From Mobula hypostoma (Eukaryota), in NCBI RefSeq assembly GCF_963921235.1, contig NC_086098.1:2666001-2730000 (forward strand): DNA of 64,000 nucleotides, in the 5' to 3' direction. Below the pieces are notes generated by a model that saw only the letters and a program-made list of their open reading frames with translations, had not been told where the DNA came from and searched no databases. Made by a program: the position numbers and the translations under genes. This document shows, in pieces, positions 12,375 to 25,072 of this stretch; within the stretch, counting starts at the first letter, position 1, and each line of letters begins with the position of its first letter.

Positions 12375-12800
12375 TTTATTTATTAATTTAGAGATACGTC
12401 ACAGAGCAGTCCCTTCCAGCACAATGAATCGCACCTCCCGGCAACTCACCTATTTAACACTAGCCTAGTCACAGGACAATTTACAACGACAACATTTATT
12501 TATTTAGCGACACAGTGAGGAACAGTCCCTTCCTTCCTGACGAGCCGCAATGCCCAGCAACCCACCTATTTAACACTACCCTAGTCACAGGACGATTGAC
12601 GATGACCAATTAACCTACTAACCTGTACGTCTTTGGAATGTGGGAGGAAACCAGAGCACCCAAAGGAAACCAGAGCACCCAAAGGACACCCACAATGTCA
12701 CGGGAAGGACATACAAACTTCTTACAGACGGTGCTGGAATTGAACTCTGAACTCTGACACCTCGAGCTGTAATGGCATCCTGCTACCTGCCACGCTACTT
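12375..12800 (-). mobile_element. V-SINE with tandemly duplicated 3' portion
   Basis: Tail segment tttagagatac...tagtcacaggacaattt occurs twice (12380-12490 and 12495-12605); V-domain at ~12630. Confidence 0.7.
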
Positions 12801-13002
12801 TGAATTAATTCACTACATTTCTCACTTGGACATACAAACTACGTCCTGACATTGGGGAAACATGCTTCTGTGAACCCGAATTCTTCAATTCTGTGAGATA
12901 TTTTCAATGGTTATTTATTAACCCAAGCCTGCCTGGCAATTTCTAATGAGGAACACCCAATTGTCTCTCCTCAATGCATTGCAAGTTGATAAAGGGCACA
13001 CG

Positions 13003-13503
13003 TCTGAGTGGCCACCTTACGTACTGGGGCCAGTCCACTTCAAGGTTTAATAGGTTTTGCATTCAGAGATGTTTTTCTGCATGCCATTGTTGTAACACGT
13101 GGTTATTTTGGTTACAGTCGCTTTCCTGCCAACCTGGACAGTCAGGCCATTCTCCTCTGACCTCTCTAAATAACAAGGCATTTTCATCCACAGAACTGCC
13201 ACTGATTTGATCTTTTATATTTCACACCATTCTCTGTAAACTCTAGAGACTGCAATACATGAAAATTCCAGAAGATCAGCAAATTCTGAGATACTCAAAC
13301 CACTGAGTATAGCGTCAACAATCATTCCACAGTCAAAGATCACTTTCCTTCCCCATTCTGCTGTTTGGTCTGAACAGCCACTGAACCTCTTGACCATGTC
13401 TGTGTGCTTTTATGCATTGAGTTGCTGCTGGATAATTGACTGATTAGATATTTGCATTAACGAGCTAGTGTACAGGTGTACCCAATAAAGTGGCCACTGA
13501 GTG
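13003..13503 (-). mobile_element. Non-autonomous Tc1 (family B)
   Basis: TIR aataaagtggccactgagtg followed by TA; remnant DCGMIV...GLSISEFADLLEFS...VSRVYREW. Confidence 0.8.
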
Positions 13504-13680
13504 TAGGTTATCCATATTCATGGAAATTTTTCTAACATTCTTGTGGTCTCTATTATTTTGTACATTTAAAATTATCTCAAAACTAGATAATGACCTGCGT
13601 GCATTTTTGGAGACCTTTTGAAAGTGTCAATATCAAGGAACAAGACTTAAAAATGTATGAAACTTGTGCAAAAGTGGCCC

Positions 13681-14030
13681 TTTACACTGATACCATTCCA
13701 TAAGAACATGGCTGATACACTTACACTGAATGCCATTCCATAAGAACATGGCTGATTCAATCTTACACTGAATGCCATTCCATAAGAACATGGCTGATTT
13801 AATCTTACACTGAATGCCATTCCATAAGAACATGGCTGATTCAATCTCACACTGAATGCCATTCCATAAGAACATGGCTGATTCAATCTTACACTGAATG
13901 CCATTCCATAAGAACATGGCTGATCCAGTCTTACACGGAATGCCATTCCATAAGAACATGGCTGATTCAATCTTACACTGAATGCCATCCCATAATAACA
14001 TGACTGATCCAGTCTTACACTGAGTGCCAC
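13681..14030. repeat. 42-bp minisatellite, about 8 units
   Basis: Unit cttacactgaatgccattccataagaacatggctgattcaat; 14-aa periodicity in the overlapping ORFs. Confidence 0.95.
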
Positions 14031-14149
14031 TTTCACATATTGTTTCCATAGCTCTTGACTTCAAATATATATCAGTCTCTGCCTTGAATATAGAACGTAG
14101 AATATGGAATGTTATGTACAGTACAGGCCCTTCTGCCCAAGATGCTTAT

Positions 14150-14430
14150 TTATTTTCTTATTGACATACGGCATGAAGTAGGCCTTCTGCCCCTACAAGC
14201 TGCGCCGTCCTGCAATCCCCCAATTTAATCTTAGCCTAATCATAGGACAATTTATAATGACCAATTAACCTATCAACCATTATGTCTTTGAACTTTGGGA
14301 GGAAACCAGAGCACCTGGAGGAAACCAACACAGTCACGGGAAAAAAACCCTATAGAGGCAGTGGCAGGAATTCAAACCAGGTCACTGGTACTGTAAAATG
14401 TGGTGCAAACAACTACACTACCATGCCAAT
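14150..14430 (-). mobile_element. V-SINE
   Basis: Reverse V-domain gggaggaaaccagagcacctggaggaaacc. Confidence 0.7.
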
Positions 14431-14844
14431 GTTTTAGGCTATAAGAAACAGGAGCAGAATCAGGCCTTTTGGCCCATCAAGCCCGCTCCACCATTCCATC
14501 ATGGATGATTTATTATCCTTCTCAACACATTCTCCTGCCTTCTGTCTGTAACCTTTGACACCCTGACTAATCAAGAACCTATCATCCTCCTCATCATATG
14601 TTAACCCTTTCTTTCCTCCTTATGTCTATTTTTAAATATCAACATCTTGTTTTAAACCGTGTACCTTGAATCTCCTTTTGGTGTGGAAACCTTTGTTTTG
14701 TTTCATGTACAAAAACTGTACGTTAGGTTATATGGATAATCAATTCATTAATTTGTAGAAAATAGGTTAATCTATTGAACCAGTAATGCACTGAATTTCT
14801 AGTTATGGAAATACAGTAAACAGGAATTACCACTTACAAAATGC

Positions 14845-15370
14845 TACTTGGAGTACTGTGTTCAGTTCTGGTCTCCTCATTATAGGAAGGATGTGGAAGC
14901 TTTAGAGAGGATGCAGAGGAGACTTACCAGGATGCTGCCTGGATTGGAGAGCATGTCTTATGAGGAAAGGTTGCGTGAGCTAGGGCTTTCCTCTTTGGAT
15001 CAAAGGAGGTTAAGTAGTGACTTTGATAGAGGTGTACAAGATGATAAGAGGCACAGATCGAGTGGACAGTCAGAGACTTTTTCCGGGGGATAAATGATAA
15101 ATACCAGAGCGGATAAGTTTAAGGTGATTGGAGCAAAGTGTAGGAGGCGAGTCAGAGGTAAGTCTTTTACATAGACATGGAACACCCTGTCAGGGACGGT
15201 GGTTGAGACAGGTACATTAGAGACGTTTAAGAAACTTTTAGATAGGTACATGGATGACAGGAATATGGAGGGTTATGGAAGAAAAAGGGTTAGCTTGTTC
15301 TGAGAGTAGTTTAACATGTCAGCATAACATCATGAGCTGAGGACCTGTACCGCACTGTAGTGTTCTCAGA
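14845..15370 (+). mobile_element. CR1 LINE 3' fragment
   Basis: [31 protein letters not shown]. Confidence 0.85.
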
Positions 15371-16360
15371 CATAGAACATAGAACAGGACAGCACTACAA
15401 CAGGTCTTATAGCCCACAATGTTGTGTTGAACCAATTAAATTAGTCGTCAAATGGCCAACTCAACTCATCTCTTCTGCCTCTACTATGTCCATTTCTCTC
15501 ACATTCATATGCCTGTCTTAACATTTCTTAAAAGTCTCTAAAATACCTGCCTCTACCACCAGCCTAGGCAACATACCTGTGGTGTCTGTGGTGGCCAGTG
15601 CGATCATGTTTGCTGTTGTGTGCTGGGGCAGCAGGCTGAGGGTAGCAGACACCAACAGGATCGACAAACTCATTCGTAAGGCCAGTGATGTTGTGGGGAT
15701 GGAACTGGACTCTCTGACGGTGGTGTCTGAAAAGAGGATGCTGTCTAAGTTGCATGCCATCTTGGACAATGTCTCCCATCCACTACATAATGTACTGGGT
15801 GGGCACAGGAGTACATTCAGCCAGAGACTCATTCCACCGAGATGCAGCACAGAGCGTCATAGGAAGTCATTCCTGCCTGTGGCCATCAAACTTTACAACT
15901 TCTCCCTTGGAAGGTCAGACACCCTGAGCCAACAGGCTGGTCCTGGACTTATCTCCTGGCATAATTTACATATTTACATATTACTATTTAACTATTTATC
16001 GTTTTATTATTATTTAATTATTTATGGTGCAACTGTAACGAAAACCAATTTCCCCTGGGATCAAAAAAATATGACTATGACTATATCCCGAGCCCTCACC
16101 ACTCTCCATGTAAAAATCTTGCCCCTCACATCTCCTTTGAAATGATGCCTTCTCGTCTTAAATGCATGTCCTCTGGTATTAGACATTTCAATTCCTGCGA
16201 AAGAGGTCCTGTTCACCATAGATCCAATGCACCTTCAACTTTTGGTTGAGCCTCCCACGAGGCTCCCTGTCAAATGCCTTACTAAAATTCATTTATACAA
16301 TGTCCATAGCTCCGCTTTCATCAATCACCCTCATCAGCTCACTTAAAAAAACTTAATCAT
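15370..16360 (-). mobile_element. CR1 LINE fragments interrupted by Rex1
   Basis: Tail catagaacatagaac at 15371; CR1 sequence resumes after 16085. Confidence 0.7.
15578..16084 (+). mobile_element. Rex1/Babar LINE 3' part, (TATGAC)n family
   Basis: SVVASAIMFAVVCWG...ILDNVSHPLH...ERHRKSFLPVAIKLYN; tail atgactatgact. Confidence 0.85.
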
Positions 16361-16974
16361 GTTCTATATTCCATGTTCTCTGAGATGTGATGAGTGTTAT
16401 CATGGCTGATGAAACATAATTGATTTTGTTGAAGAAAACAAAGTCACGGAAAGGAAGCCATGGAGGATATTTTTGTGGGTTTCCAGAAAATACTTGATAA
16501 AGATCTTTGCCCGCTAATGTTGAATTTAAAGAAAATCATTGAAATGGCAAAGAAAAATTGGAAGGGAATCAGGATGCAGAGAGAGGAAACATAGTACTGG
16601 TCTTCAAACTGACAGAGTGTGTTTGATGACTCCCCCGTACGATGTGCGTTTGTTTTGTGATTACTTGCTGCAGTCATAAATGACTAGCTGATGAAATAGA
16701 CCAACTATAGGCTTATTGGTCTGCCAAAGGGATGCTTTAGTTTTAAATTGTTTAAAGTAAAATACATTTTAAACTTATTTTAGTAATTGACACATTGGCG
16801 CAGCATTTAGTGAATCCGCCTCGTAACTTAGAGTCTGTTGTCATAAACAGTCTTGGCAGGGTTGCATGTTCTCACCACGTTATGTGGATCTCCTCTGAGT
16901 GATATGTTCCACTCCAGCATGTGGTCAGAGATTAACTGGCTACTGTAGGTTATCTCATCATGTAGCTTATGATA

Positions 16975-17285
16975 TGGGCTGACATGGGAGCGTAACAGTT
17001 AGCAAAATTGCCTTACAACAACAGTGAACACCAGTTAGGGTTTGATTCCTAATGCAGTCTGTCAGAAGTTTGAATGTTTTGCCCATGACTGTGCAGGAAT
17101 TCCTCTGGGTACACTGGTTACTTCCCACATTACAAAGATGTATGGTTAGTGTTGGAAAGTTGTAGCCATGTTCTATTAACGTCAGAAGCCTGGTGACACT
17201 TGTTGACAATCCAGCACATCACAAACGATGAAACAATACCATTCACTCTTTCAATGTTTTGATATACATGTGACAAGTAAAGCTG
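16975..17285 (+). mobile_element. V-SINE with L2-like tail
   Basis: Degenerate V-domain plus tail tacatgtgacaagtaaagct. Confidence 0.55.
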
Positions 17286-17689
17286 CCATCAGGTATGTAT
17301 TACAGGAGCCTGAGGAAACACAATCAATGTTTTAGGAACAGATTCTTCTCATCCACCATCAGATTTCTGAATGGTCCATGAACTCACAAACACTACTTCT
17401 TTTGCTCACTATTCATTGATTTTTTAATACATTTATGTATTGTTCTGTACTGCTACCAAAAAACAACATATTTGTGAAAAATTTTGTGAAAACATATTTG
17501 CCACAGTGTCTCTGCGTTGCGGAGCAACCTATCAGCAAAAGGGCCAGACTTTAAAGCGGCTTTGGCTCATCAGGCTTAGGGGAGATCAGGCTTGAGGTAA
17601 GGTAAACTGTCTCGAAAGTTACTCTCTCTCTGTACTTATGAGGTTTCGGAGTACTTGGAGACTAATGATAAAATAAGTCAAAATGACCC

Positions 17690-17945
17690 TTTAAAAAAGA
17701 GGCAAAGAGGAATTTTTTTAGCCAAAGTGTGCTGAATCTGTGGAATGCTCTGCCACAGACAGTGGTGGATGCCAAGTCCGTGGATATATTTAAAGCAGAG
17801 ATTGATAGTTTCCTGATTGATCAGGGCATCAAAGGATATGGCGAGAGGCAGGTGTATGGATTTGAGTGTGGTCTGGAATCAGCCATGATGGAATAAGGGA
17901 GATGAATGGCCGAATTCTGCTCTTATGTCTTGTGGTCTTATGGTC
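17690..17945 (+). mobile_element. CR1 3' end
   Basis: aggaattttttta gccaaagtgtgctgaatctgtggaat...tail tggtcttatggtct. Confidence 0.75.
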
Positions 17946-20900
17946 TACAGTAGAACTTGTAGCACAGTTGCAGATTGGCAGGTATGATGTTGTAGGCATC
18001 ATTGAATCATCGATGAAAGAAGATTATGGCTAGGAACATAATGTCCAAGAATACACATTGTATCAAAATGATAGATAAGAAGGCAAAGGGGGTGGCATTT
18101 CTCTGCTGGTAAAAAATGAAATCAAATCATTAGAAAGAGTTGGCATAGGGTCAGAAGGTGCTGAATCATTGTGGATAAAGCAAAGGAACTACAAGGGTAA
18201 AAAGTTCCTGGTGGGAGTTGTATAGTCCACCAAACAGTAGTAATGATGTGGTCTACAAATTACATGCCAAAACATTAATATTACTATCGTCATAGGTGAT
18301 TACAATGGGCAGATAGCTTGGGAAAATAAGGTTGGTGCTGTATTCCAAGAGGGGTAATTTCTAGAGTGCCTATGAGATGGCTTTTTAGAGCAGCTTGTGG
18401 TTGAGTCCACTTGGGAATTGGCTATTCTGGATTGCTTGTGCAATGAACCAGATTTGATTGAGAACTTAAGGTAAAAGAACCCAAGGGAAAAAAATTATCA
18501 TAATGTGATTGAGCTCACCCTGAAATTTGAGAAGGAGAATCTAAAGTCAGATATATCAGTACCAGAGTAGAGTAAGTGGAATTACAGAGGCATGAGAGAA
18601 GAGTTGGCCAGAATTGATTGGAAAAGAACACTGGTAGGGATGAGGGCAGAGCAGCAATGGCTGGAATTTCTGGAAGCAATTCAGAAGGCACAGGATATAT
18701 ACATCCCAAAGAGAAAGAAGTATTCGAAAGGCAAGATGACACAACTGTGGCTAACAAGAAAAGTCAAAGCCAACATAAAAGCCAAAGAGAAGGTATCTAA
18801 TACAGCAAAAAATAATGGGAAGTTAAAGGATTGGAAGCTTTTAAAAACCAATAGAATGCAACTAAAAAGTCCTTTGCTTATAGAGGATGGTCCAGCTGTC
18901 TGGCACCGAAGTTACCATTACTGTGAGAAGGATTTTGGGAAACTGAAGGGACGAAGTATAGATAAATCACCTGGACATGATGGTTTGCATCCCACAGTCC
19001 TGAAAGTGTTGACTGAAGAGATTGTGGAGGCATTAGTAATGATCCTACAAGAATCACTAGAGTCTGGAATGGTTCCTGAAGACTGCTAAATTGCAAATGT
19101 CACACCACTCTTCAATAAGGGAGAGAGTTAGAAGAAAGGAAATTATAGGCCAATTAGTCTGACCTCAGTATTTGTAAAGATGTTGGAGTTGATTGTTAAG
19201 AACCTGGTTTTGGGTATTTGGAAGCACATGATAAAATAGGGTCTAGTCAGAATAGTTTCCTCAAGGGAAAATCTTGCCTGACAAATCTCTTGGAATTCCT
19301 TGAAGAAATAACAAGCAGGATAGACAAAGGAGAATTGGTTGACATTTGGATTTTCAGAAAGCCTTTCACAAGGTGCCATTCATGAGGCTGCTTAACATGT
19401 TAAGAGCCCAAGGTATTACAGGAAAAATTCTAGCATGGATGAAGTGGTGGCTAATTGGCAGGAGGCGAAGTCTGGGAACAAAGGTAGCCTTTTCTGGTTG
19501 GCTGCCAGTGCTCCACAGGGTTTGTGTTGGGACCGATTCTTTTCACGTTACTAGTAAAAATTTAATTGATAGAATTGATAGCCTTTTTGCAAAGTTTGCA
19601 AGTGACATGAAGATAGGTGGAGGTGCAGGAAGTTTTGAGGGAGTAAAGAGGCCACAGAAGGACTTAGAAAAATTAGGAAAATGGGTAAAAAGGTGACAGA
19701 TGGAGTAGTATTGGGAAGTGTATGGTCATGCACTTTGGTAGAAGAAATGAGAGAGTTGACTTCTTTTGTAAATGGAATGAAAAGACAAAAATCTGAGTCA
19801 CAAGGTACTTGGGAGTCCTTGTGCAGGATTCCCTGAAGATTAATTTGCAGGTTTAGTCTGTGGTGAAGAAGGCTAATGCAATGTTAGCATTCATTTTAGG
19901 GGATGATGAGACGGCCTACAGGGACGAGCTCCGGCACCTGGCAGCGTGGTGTGCCAACAACAACCTGGCCCTTAACACCCAGAAAACCAAGGAGATCATT
20001 GTGGACTTCAGACATGCCAGCAGTCACACTCATGTCCCCATCTACATCAATGGAGCTGTAGTGGAGCATTTATCAAGCTTCAAATTCCTTGGTGTCCACA
20101 TTTCCGATGATCTCACCTGGTCCCCGAACTCCTCCATCCTGATCAAGAAGGCACAACAGCGCCTTTATTTCCTGCGGAGCATCAAGAAAGCTCACCTCTG
20201 TCCCAGGATACTGACGGACTTTTACCCCTGTACCATTGAGAGCATACTCACCAACTGTATCTCAGTGTGGTATGGCAATTGTCCGGTATCAGACTGCAAA
20301 GCACTCCAGTGGGTGGTGAAAACTACCCAGCGGATTATCGGCACCCAATTGCCCACCATTGAGAACATCTACCATAAATGCTGAAGGGCAGGGCATAAAG
20401 CATTATCAGGGATGCATCTCACCCTAACCATGGACATTTTACTCTCCTCCCATCCGGTAGGTGCTACAGGAGCCTCTGCTCCCGTACCAGCAGGCACAGG
20501 AAGCTCTTCTTCCCTGAGGCTGTGACCCTGCAGAACCTCACATCACAGCGCTAAGCAGTATTGCACCCATATTGTACTGTCTCAGTACTTTTATATTTGT
20601 GTGCTGTAGCACTTACTTTTTATTCACAGTTATTTTGCAAATAACACTATTCTTTTGCACTTCTGGTCAGATGCTAATTACTTTTCATTGGTTTTGTACC
20701 TGCACTCAGTATAATGATAATAAAGTTGAATCTAGTCTAATTTATATGCAAAGATGTAATGTTGAGACATTATGAAGCAGTGGTAAGGCATCACTTGGAA
20801 TATCGTGAACAGGATCTGTTGAAACTGGAGAGGGTTTAAAGGAGATTCACGAAAATGTTTCCAGGATCGAATGGCTTGTCATATGAAGAACATTTAATGG

Positions 20901-21305
20901 CTCTGGCCCTGTATTCACTGGAATTTGGAAGAATGAGTGGTGACCTAAATAAAACCTTGCAAATGGTGAAAGGCCTTGATAGAGTGGATGTGGAGAGGAT
21001 GTTTCCTATGGTGGGTATGTCTAAGACTAGAGGACACAGCCTCAGAATAGAGAGACGTCCTTTTAGAACAGAGATGAGCAGAAATTTCTTTAGCTTGAGA
21101 ATGGTGAATCTCCGGAACTTGTTACTACTGGCAGCTGTGGAGGCCAAGTTTTTATGTATGTTTAAGGTAGAGGTCGATATATCCTTGATTGGTCAGGGCA
21201 TGAAGGGATATGGGGAAAAGGTAGGAGATTGGGACTGAGAGGAAAATAGATCAGAGCAGGCTCAGTAGGCCAAATGGGCTAATTCTGCTCGTATATCTTG
21301 TGGTC
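17946..21305 (+). mobile_element. Long degenerate CR1 LINE (APE endonuclease to RT to 3' end), interrupted at 19898-20735
   Basis: ORFs 18592-19089 (KSPGHDGLHP...GMVPED), 19346-19696 (DFQKAF), 20855-21238 (RNFFS). Confidence 0.9.
19898..20735 (+). mobile_element. Rex1/L2-like LINE 3' part nested in CR1
   Basis: DETAYRDE...WCANNNLALNTQKTKEIIVDFR...FKFLGVHISDDLTW...KKAQQRLYFLR; tail aataaagttgaatct. Confidence 0.85.
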
Positions 21306-21638
21306 TAATATGTCATTGTTAATAACGTTGATCTGATTCTGATGGGAATCTGTGCGAGAGTGCAAGAGGTTAACGCATATAATTCAAGTTCTTCATGCAG
21401 GACATTTGCACAGCTTAGTTTGGTCATTGCTAGCCTTTGTGCATACTGTGGGTTGAAAAGCCCGATACTCTTTGACAGAGGAGTGGGAGGCCAGGTGACT
21501 GCTGCAAGTTCACCCAGACATTTTCTTGTTTTTCTTAAGTCTTACTGCAGGAGTACTGTAACCTTCCTGCCTGCATCCTGATCTCAATATTTCCTCCAAA
21601 AGAGACCAAAGAATTCTCTTTCTCCTCCTCTCTTTTAG

Positions 21639-21698
21639 AAGTCTATTGCAGACCCGGAGATTCTCCACGGGAATGTCAGAGCGCCTGAACTGGATCAT
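21639..21698 (+). CDS. Candidate host exon, unidentified (KSIADPEILHGNVRAPELDH)
   Basis: Long polypyrimidine acceptor ttctctttctcctcctctcttttag, donor gtaagg, 60 nt open, non-repeat island. Confidence 0.25.
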
Positions 21699-21867
21699 GT
21701 AAGGATTTGTGGAATCGAAAGCCAAGCAGCAAAGATCCCAAGGGTGGGGATGATGGAAAAAAATAAGATATATTCCAAAAGATTATAAAACAATGAGACA
21801 ATCTAAAAAATATATTAGCAGCCTCGGTGCTCTTGAGGGCACTTCCTTTCTTGTTATTGTTCCTCAG

Positions 21868-21938
21868 CCCGATGTACACAAATTTCCTTTGGAGCAGGCC
21901 AAAACATCTGTCAAGTTTTTGAATGCTACTGCAGGAAA
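21868..21938 (+). CDS. Candidate host exon, unidentified (PDVHKFPLEQAKTSVKFLNATAG)
   Basis: Acceptor cttcctttcttgttattgttcctcag, donor gtatgt; in frame with 21639-21698. Confidence 0.25.
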
Positions 21939-22348
21939 GTATGTATCCTCCATCACCTTTAGTGATAACAAGGATTAAGGATCAGCTGTATTCAGATATA
22001 CATACATTTACATGTATTAGCAAGTTGCTGTGGAGTGCTGGTCAGGACATGACATGCAACAAGAACAACATTCAACAATTATATAGAGAAAATAATTATA
22101 TAACAAATAAAGTTAGAGGTTGAAGTCCGGATATGGAATACAACGTGCTTAATTACATAAATCCCAGCATGTACTGAAAACAATAGCAGCAATGAGATGG
22201 GCAACTCCAAGTTGTTCGTGATGGCAGTCACCTTTGATGGTTTTAGTTGGATGTCCTACATCCTACAGACCCGCATCGAGACACACTTGAAAAAAGTACC
22301 ATAACTTTTTAATTTAGTTGCCTGTTAAATAAACAATGAATTAATTTA

Positions 22349-23090
22349 CTACTACTACGACATCGACTCAGGCTTAGGGGGCCGGTGTCGGGCACGATGA
22401 CAGACTCTCCACTTCTCCCTCTCCCCCATCAGTGTTTTCAGTTCATCCACATTAGCCGTGCTGCTGTCTTCTAGGAGCGTGTTGACCATAGTCTTGGGAG
22501 GGCACCCAGGGTTCATCCTCCCGTGCTTGGGCTCCCATATGATGACTAGGCTGGCAGTAGCTCAGGGTGGCGTAGACAGTGCCCCGCTAGTTGCAGTCTT
22601 CTCGCCTCGATTTTAGTGGACAGCATCGGTAGGTTGATATAGAGCTCAACGTTCGTCATGTGCTGTTGCCAACTCACATCAAGAGCCATCCGGAGCATTC
22701 GTGTATAGCAACCATCTAGAGATTTTCGCAACGTCTTGGTGAGTGTCCACGTTTCACATCCGTACGTGAGAATGGACTCTATGACTGCTGTGAAAATCCT
22801 CCTTTTAAGCCCTCTTGTCAGGTTCGACTTACAGATTTCCTTCATGTTGTTCATAGCCGTCCACGCCAGTGCCTTCCATATCTTTATGTCCTTCTCCGAA
22901 CTCATCATTCTTGACCTGAGGTACTTGTAGTCAAAGACTTTCTTAATGGTATCATTCTTTACGGTCTTGAGAGTACCTTCGTCGCAGTTAAATGCCATGT
23001 ACTCTGTCTTTTCAGCATTTAGGTGAAGTCCAACTTTATTGCTCTCAATTTCCACTTCTGTCAGTAGCTGCTGTGCTTCTTGTGCTGTGC
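22349..23090 (-). mobile_element. RTE-clade LINE, 5'-truncated
   Basis: ORF VGLHLNAEKTEYM...ESILTYGCETWTL...YTRMLRMAL; (TAG)n tail; 12-bp TSD tgaattaattta (22337-22348 and 23091-23102). Confidence 0.9.
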
Positions 23091-23149
23091 TGAATTAATT
23101 TAGTTCAATGATAACATCCACAAAATATTATTTTGTGGTAAATATTTTA

Positions 23150-23350
23150 CCACAGGCTGCTGTGGAGGCCAGGTCGTTGGGCCTATTTAAGGTGGAGCTT
23201 GATAGGTTCTTGATTGCACACAGATCAAAGGTTATGGGAAGAAGGCCGGGACTGTAGTTCAGGAGAGGAGAAAGGATACACCATGATTGAACGGCAGAGT
23301 AGACTCGATGGGCCAGATGGACTAATGATGCTGCTATGTCTGATGGTCTA
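23150..23350 (+). mobile_element. CR1 3' end
   Basis: ccacaggctgctgtggaggcc...gataggttcttgatt...tatgtctgatggtct. Confidence 0.75.
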
Positions 23351-23489
23351 AAATCCAGAAACTAATATTTTAACCGAAAAATTCAGCTTTTTCTCATTTG
23401 ACATTGAATAGGTTGCAATGAATACTTGCTTCCTGTCACATGATCTCAAAAAATTTTGGTAGTGTATAAGGTAGTAAATCCTGATCTAT

Positions 23490-23980
23490 TGACCCTGTAA
23501 GAATAATATAACACTGTACACAGAACCCTGTGCTGACCATATAACATATATACACCGTACACAGAACCCTGTACTGACTATATAACATTTATACACTGTA
23601 CACAGAACCCTGTACTGACTATATAACATATATACACTGTACACAGAACCCTGTACTGACTATATAACATATATTCACTGTACACAGAACCCTGTACTGA
23701 TGATATAATGTATATACACTGTACACAGAACCCTGTACTGACTACACAACATTTATATACTGTACACAGAACCCTGTACTGATGATATAACATATATACA
23801 CAGGACACAGAACCCTGCATTGACTATATAACATTTATACACTGTACACAGAACCCCGTACTGACTATATAACATATATACTGTACACAGAACACTATAT
23901 TGACTATATAACATATATACACTGTACACAGAACCCTATACTGACTGTATAACATGCAGTATATACACTGTACTAACTAT
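23490..23980. repeat. 41-bp minisatellite, about 11 units
   Basis: Unit atataacatatatacactgtacacagaaccctgtactgact; cagaacc recurs every 41 bp. Confidence 0.95.
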
Positions 23981-24665
23981 ATAAGACCATAAGGTATAGG
24001 AGCAGAAGTAGGCCATTCGGCCCATTGAGTCTGCTCCGCCATTCAATCATGGGCTGATCCAATTCTTCCAGTCATCCCCGCTCCCTTGCTTTCTCCCCAT
24101 ACCCTTTGATGCCCTGGCTAATCAAGAACCTATCTATCCTTGCCTTAAATACACCCAATGACTTGGCCTCCACAGCCGCTCATGGCAACAAATTCCACAG
24201 ATTTATCACCCTCTGACTAAAGTAATTTCTCCACATCTCGGTTCTAAAAGGACGTCCTTCAATCCTGAAGTCGTGCCCTCTTGTCCTAGACTCCACTACA
24301 ATGGGAAATAACATTGCCGTATCTAATCTGTTCAGGCCTTTTAACATTCAGAATGTTCATATGAGATCCCCCCTCATTCTCCTGAACTCCAGGGAATACA
24401 GCCCAAGAGCTGCCAGATGTTTCTCATACAGGAACCCTTTCATTCCTGGAATCATTCTTGTGAACCTTCTCTGATCCTCTGTCGTTCCAAGGAGAAAAGG
24501 CCCAGTTCACTCAACCTGTTTTCATAAGGCATGCTTCCCAATCCAGGCAACATCCTTGTAAATCTCCTCTGCACCCTTTCTATGGTTTCCACATCCTTCC
24601 TGTAGTGAGGTGACCAGAATTGAGCACAGTACTCCAAGTGGGGTCTGACCAGGATCCTATATAGC
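23981..24665 (-). mobile_element. CR1 LINE 3' fragments (two families abutting near 24470)
   Basis: Tail ataagaccataag; ORF 24452-24637 [15 protein letters not shown]. Confidence 0.85.
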
Positions 24666-25072
24666 TAAATGTTTATGCCTCTACATAGATGTTGCCTGAC
24701 AAATTATCCTGCTCCCTGAACAGAAATGTACAGAAGTGTGACACAAAACAAAATGGTTTAAGACAGCACTGGTGAAGTCGATGACTATTTATTGGCAACA
24801 AATAAAATGAAAATACAACTAACACTTTATCTTCTGAACTGTATGGTAAATGATCACTACAAGTAATGAGATGAGAGCAAAAGGCAAGGCTGATTCGAGG
24901 GCTGAAGCGTATGGGAGCGTGTAAAGCTGACTTGAGGTCAAGGCTTATCAGGCAGAGTGGAACGGAGCAAAGTCAGAGCAGAGCAGAGGTAGATATGAGG
25001 CCCATCCACCTAAACCAAGAACAACGTTTCATCAATCTAAGAGCCAAGCTGATTGGAAAGGACAGGTACGGG

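Noticed and set aside
13633..14064. Repetitive ORFs and a superficially CRISPR-like array
   Set aside because: Head-to-tail 42-bp units without unique spacers, no cas genes, eukaryotic context; the ORFs are by-products of the repeat.
17500..17690. Possible CR1 5' UTR fused to a CR1 3' end
   Set aside because: Resemblance is too weak to support by eye and no TSD was found.
21868..21938. Alternative frame FGAGQNIC resembling a cytochrome P450 heme motif
   Set aside because: Lacks the following xG, is out of phase with the neighbouring candidate exon, and no other P450 motifs were seen.
23490..23980. Possible CRISPR array
   Set aside because: Plain 41-bp tandem repeat with no variable spacers.
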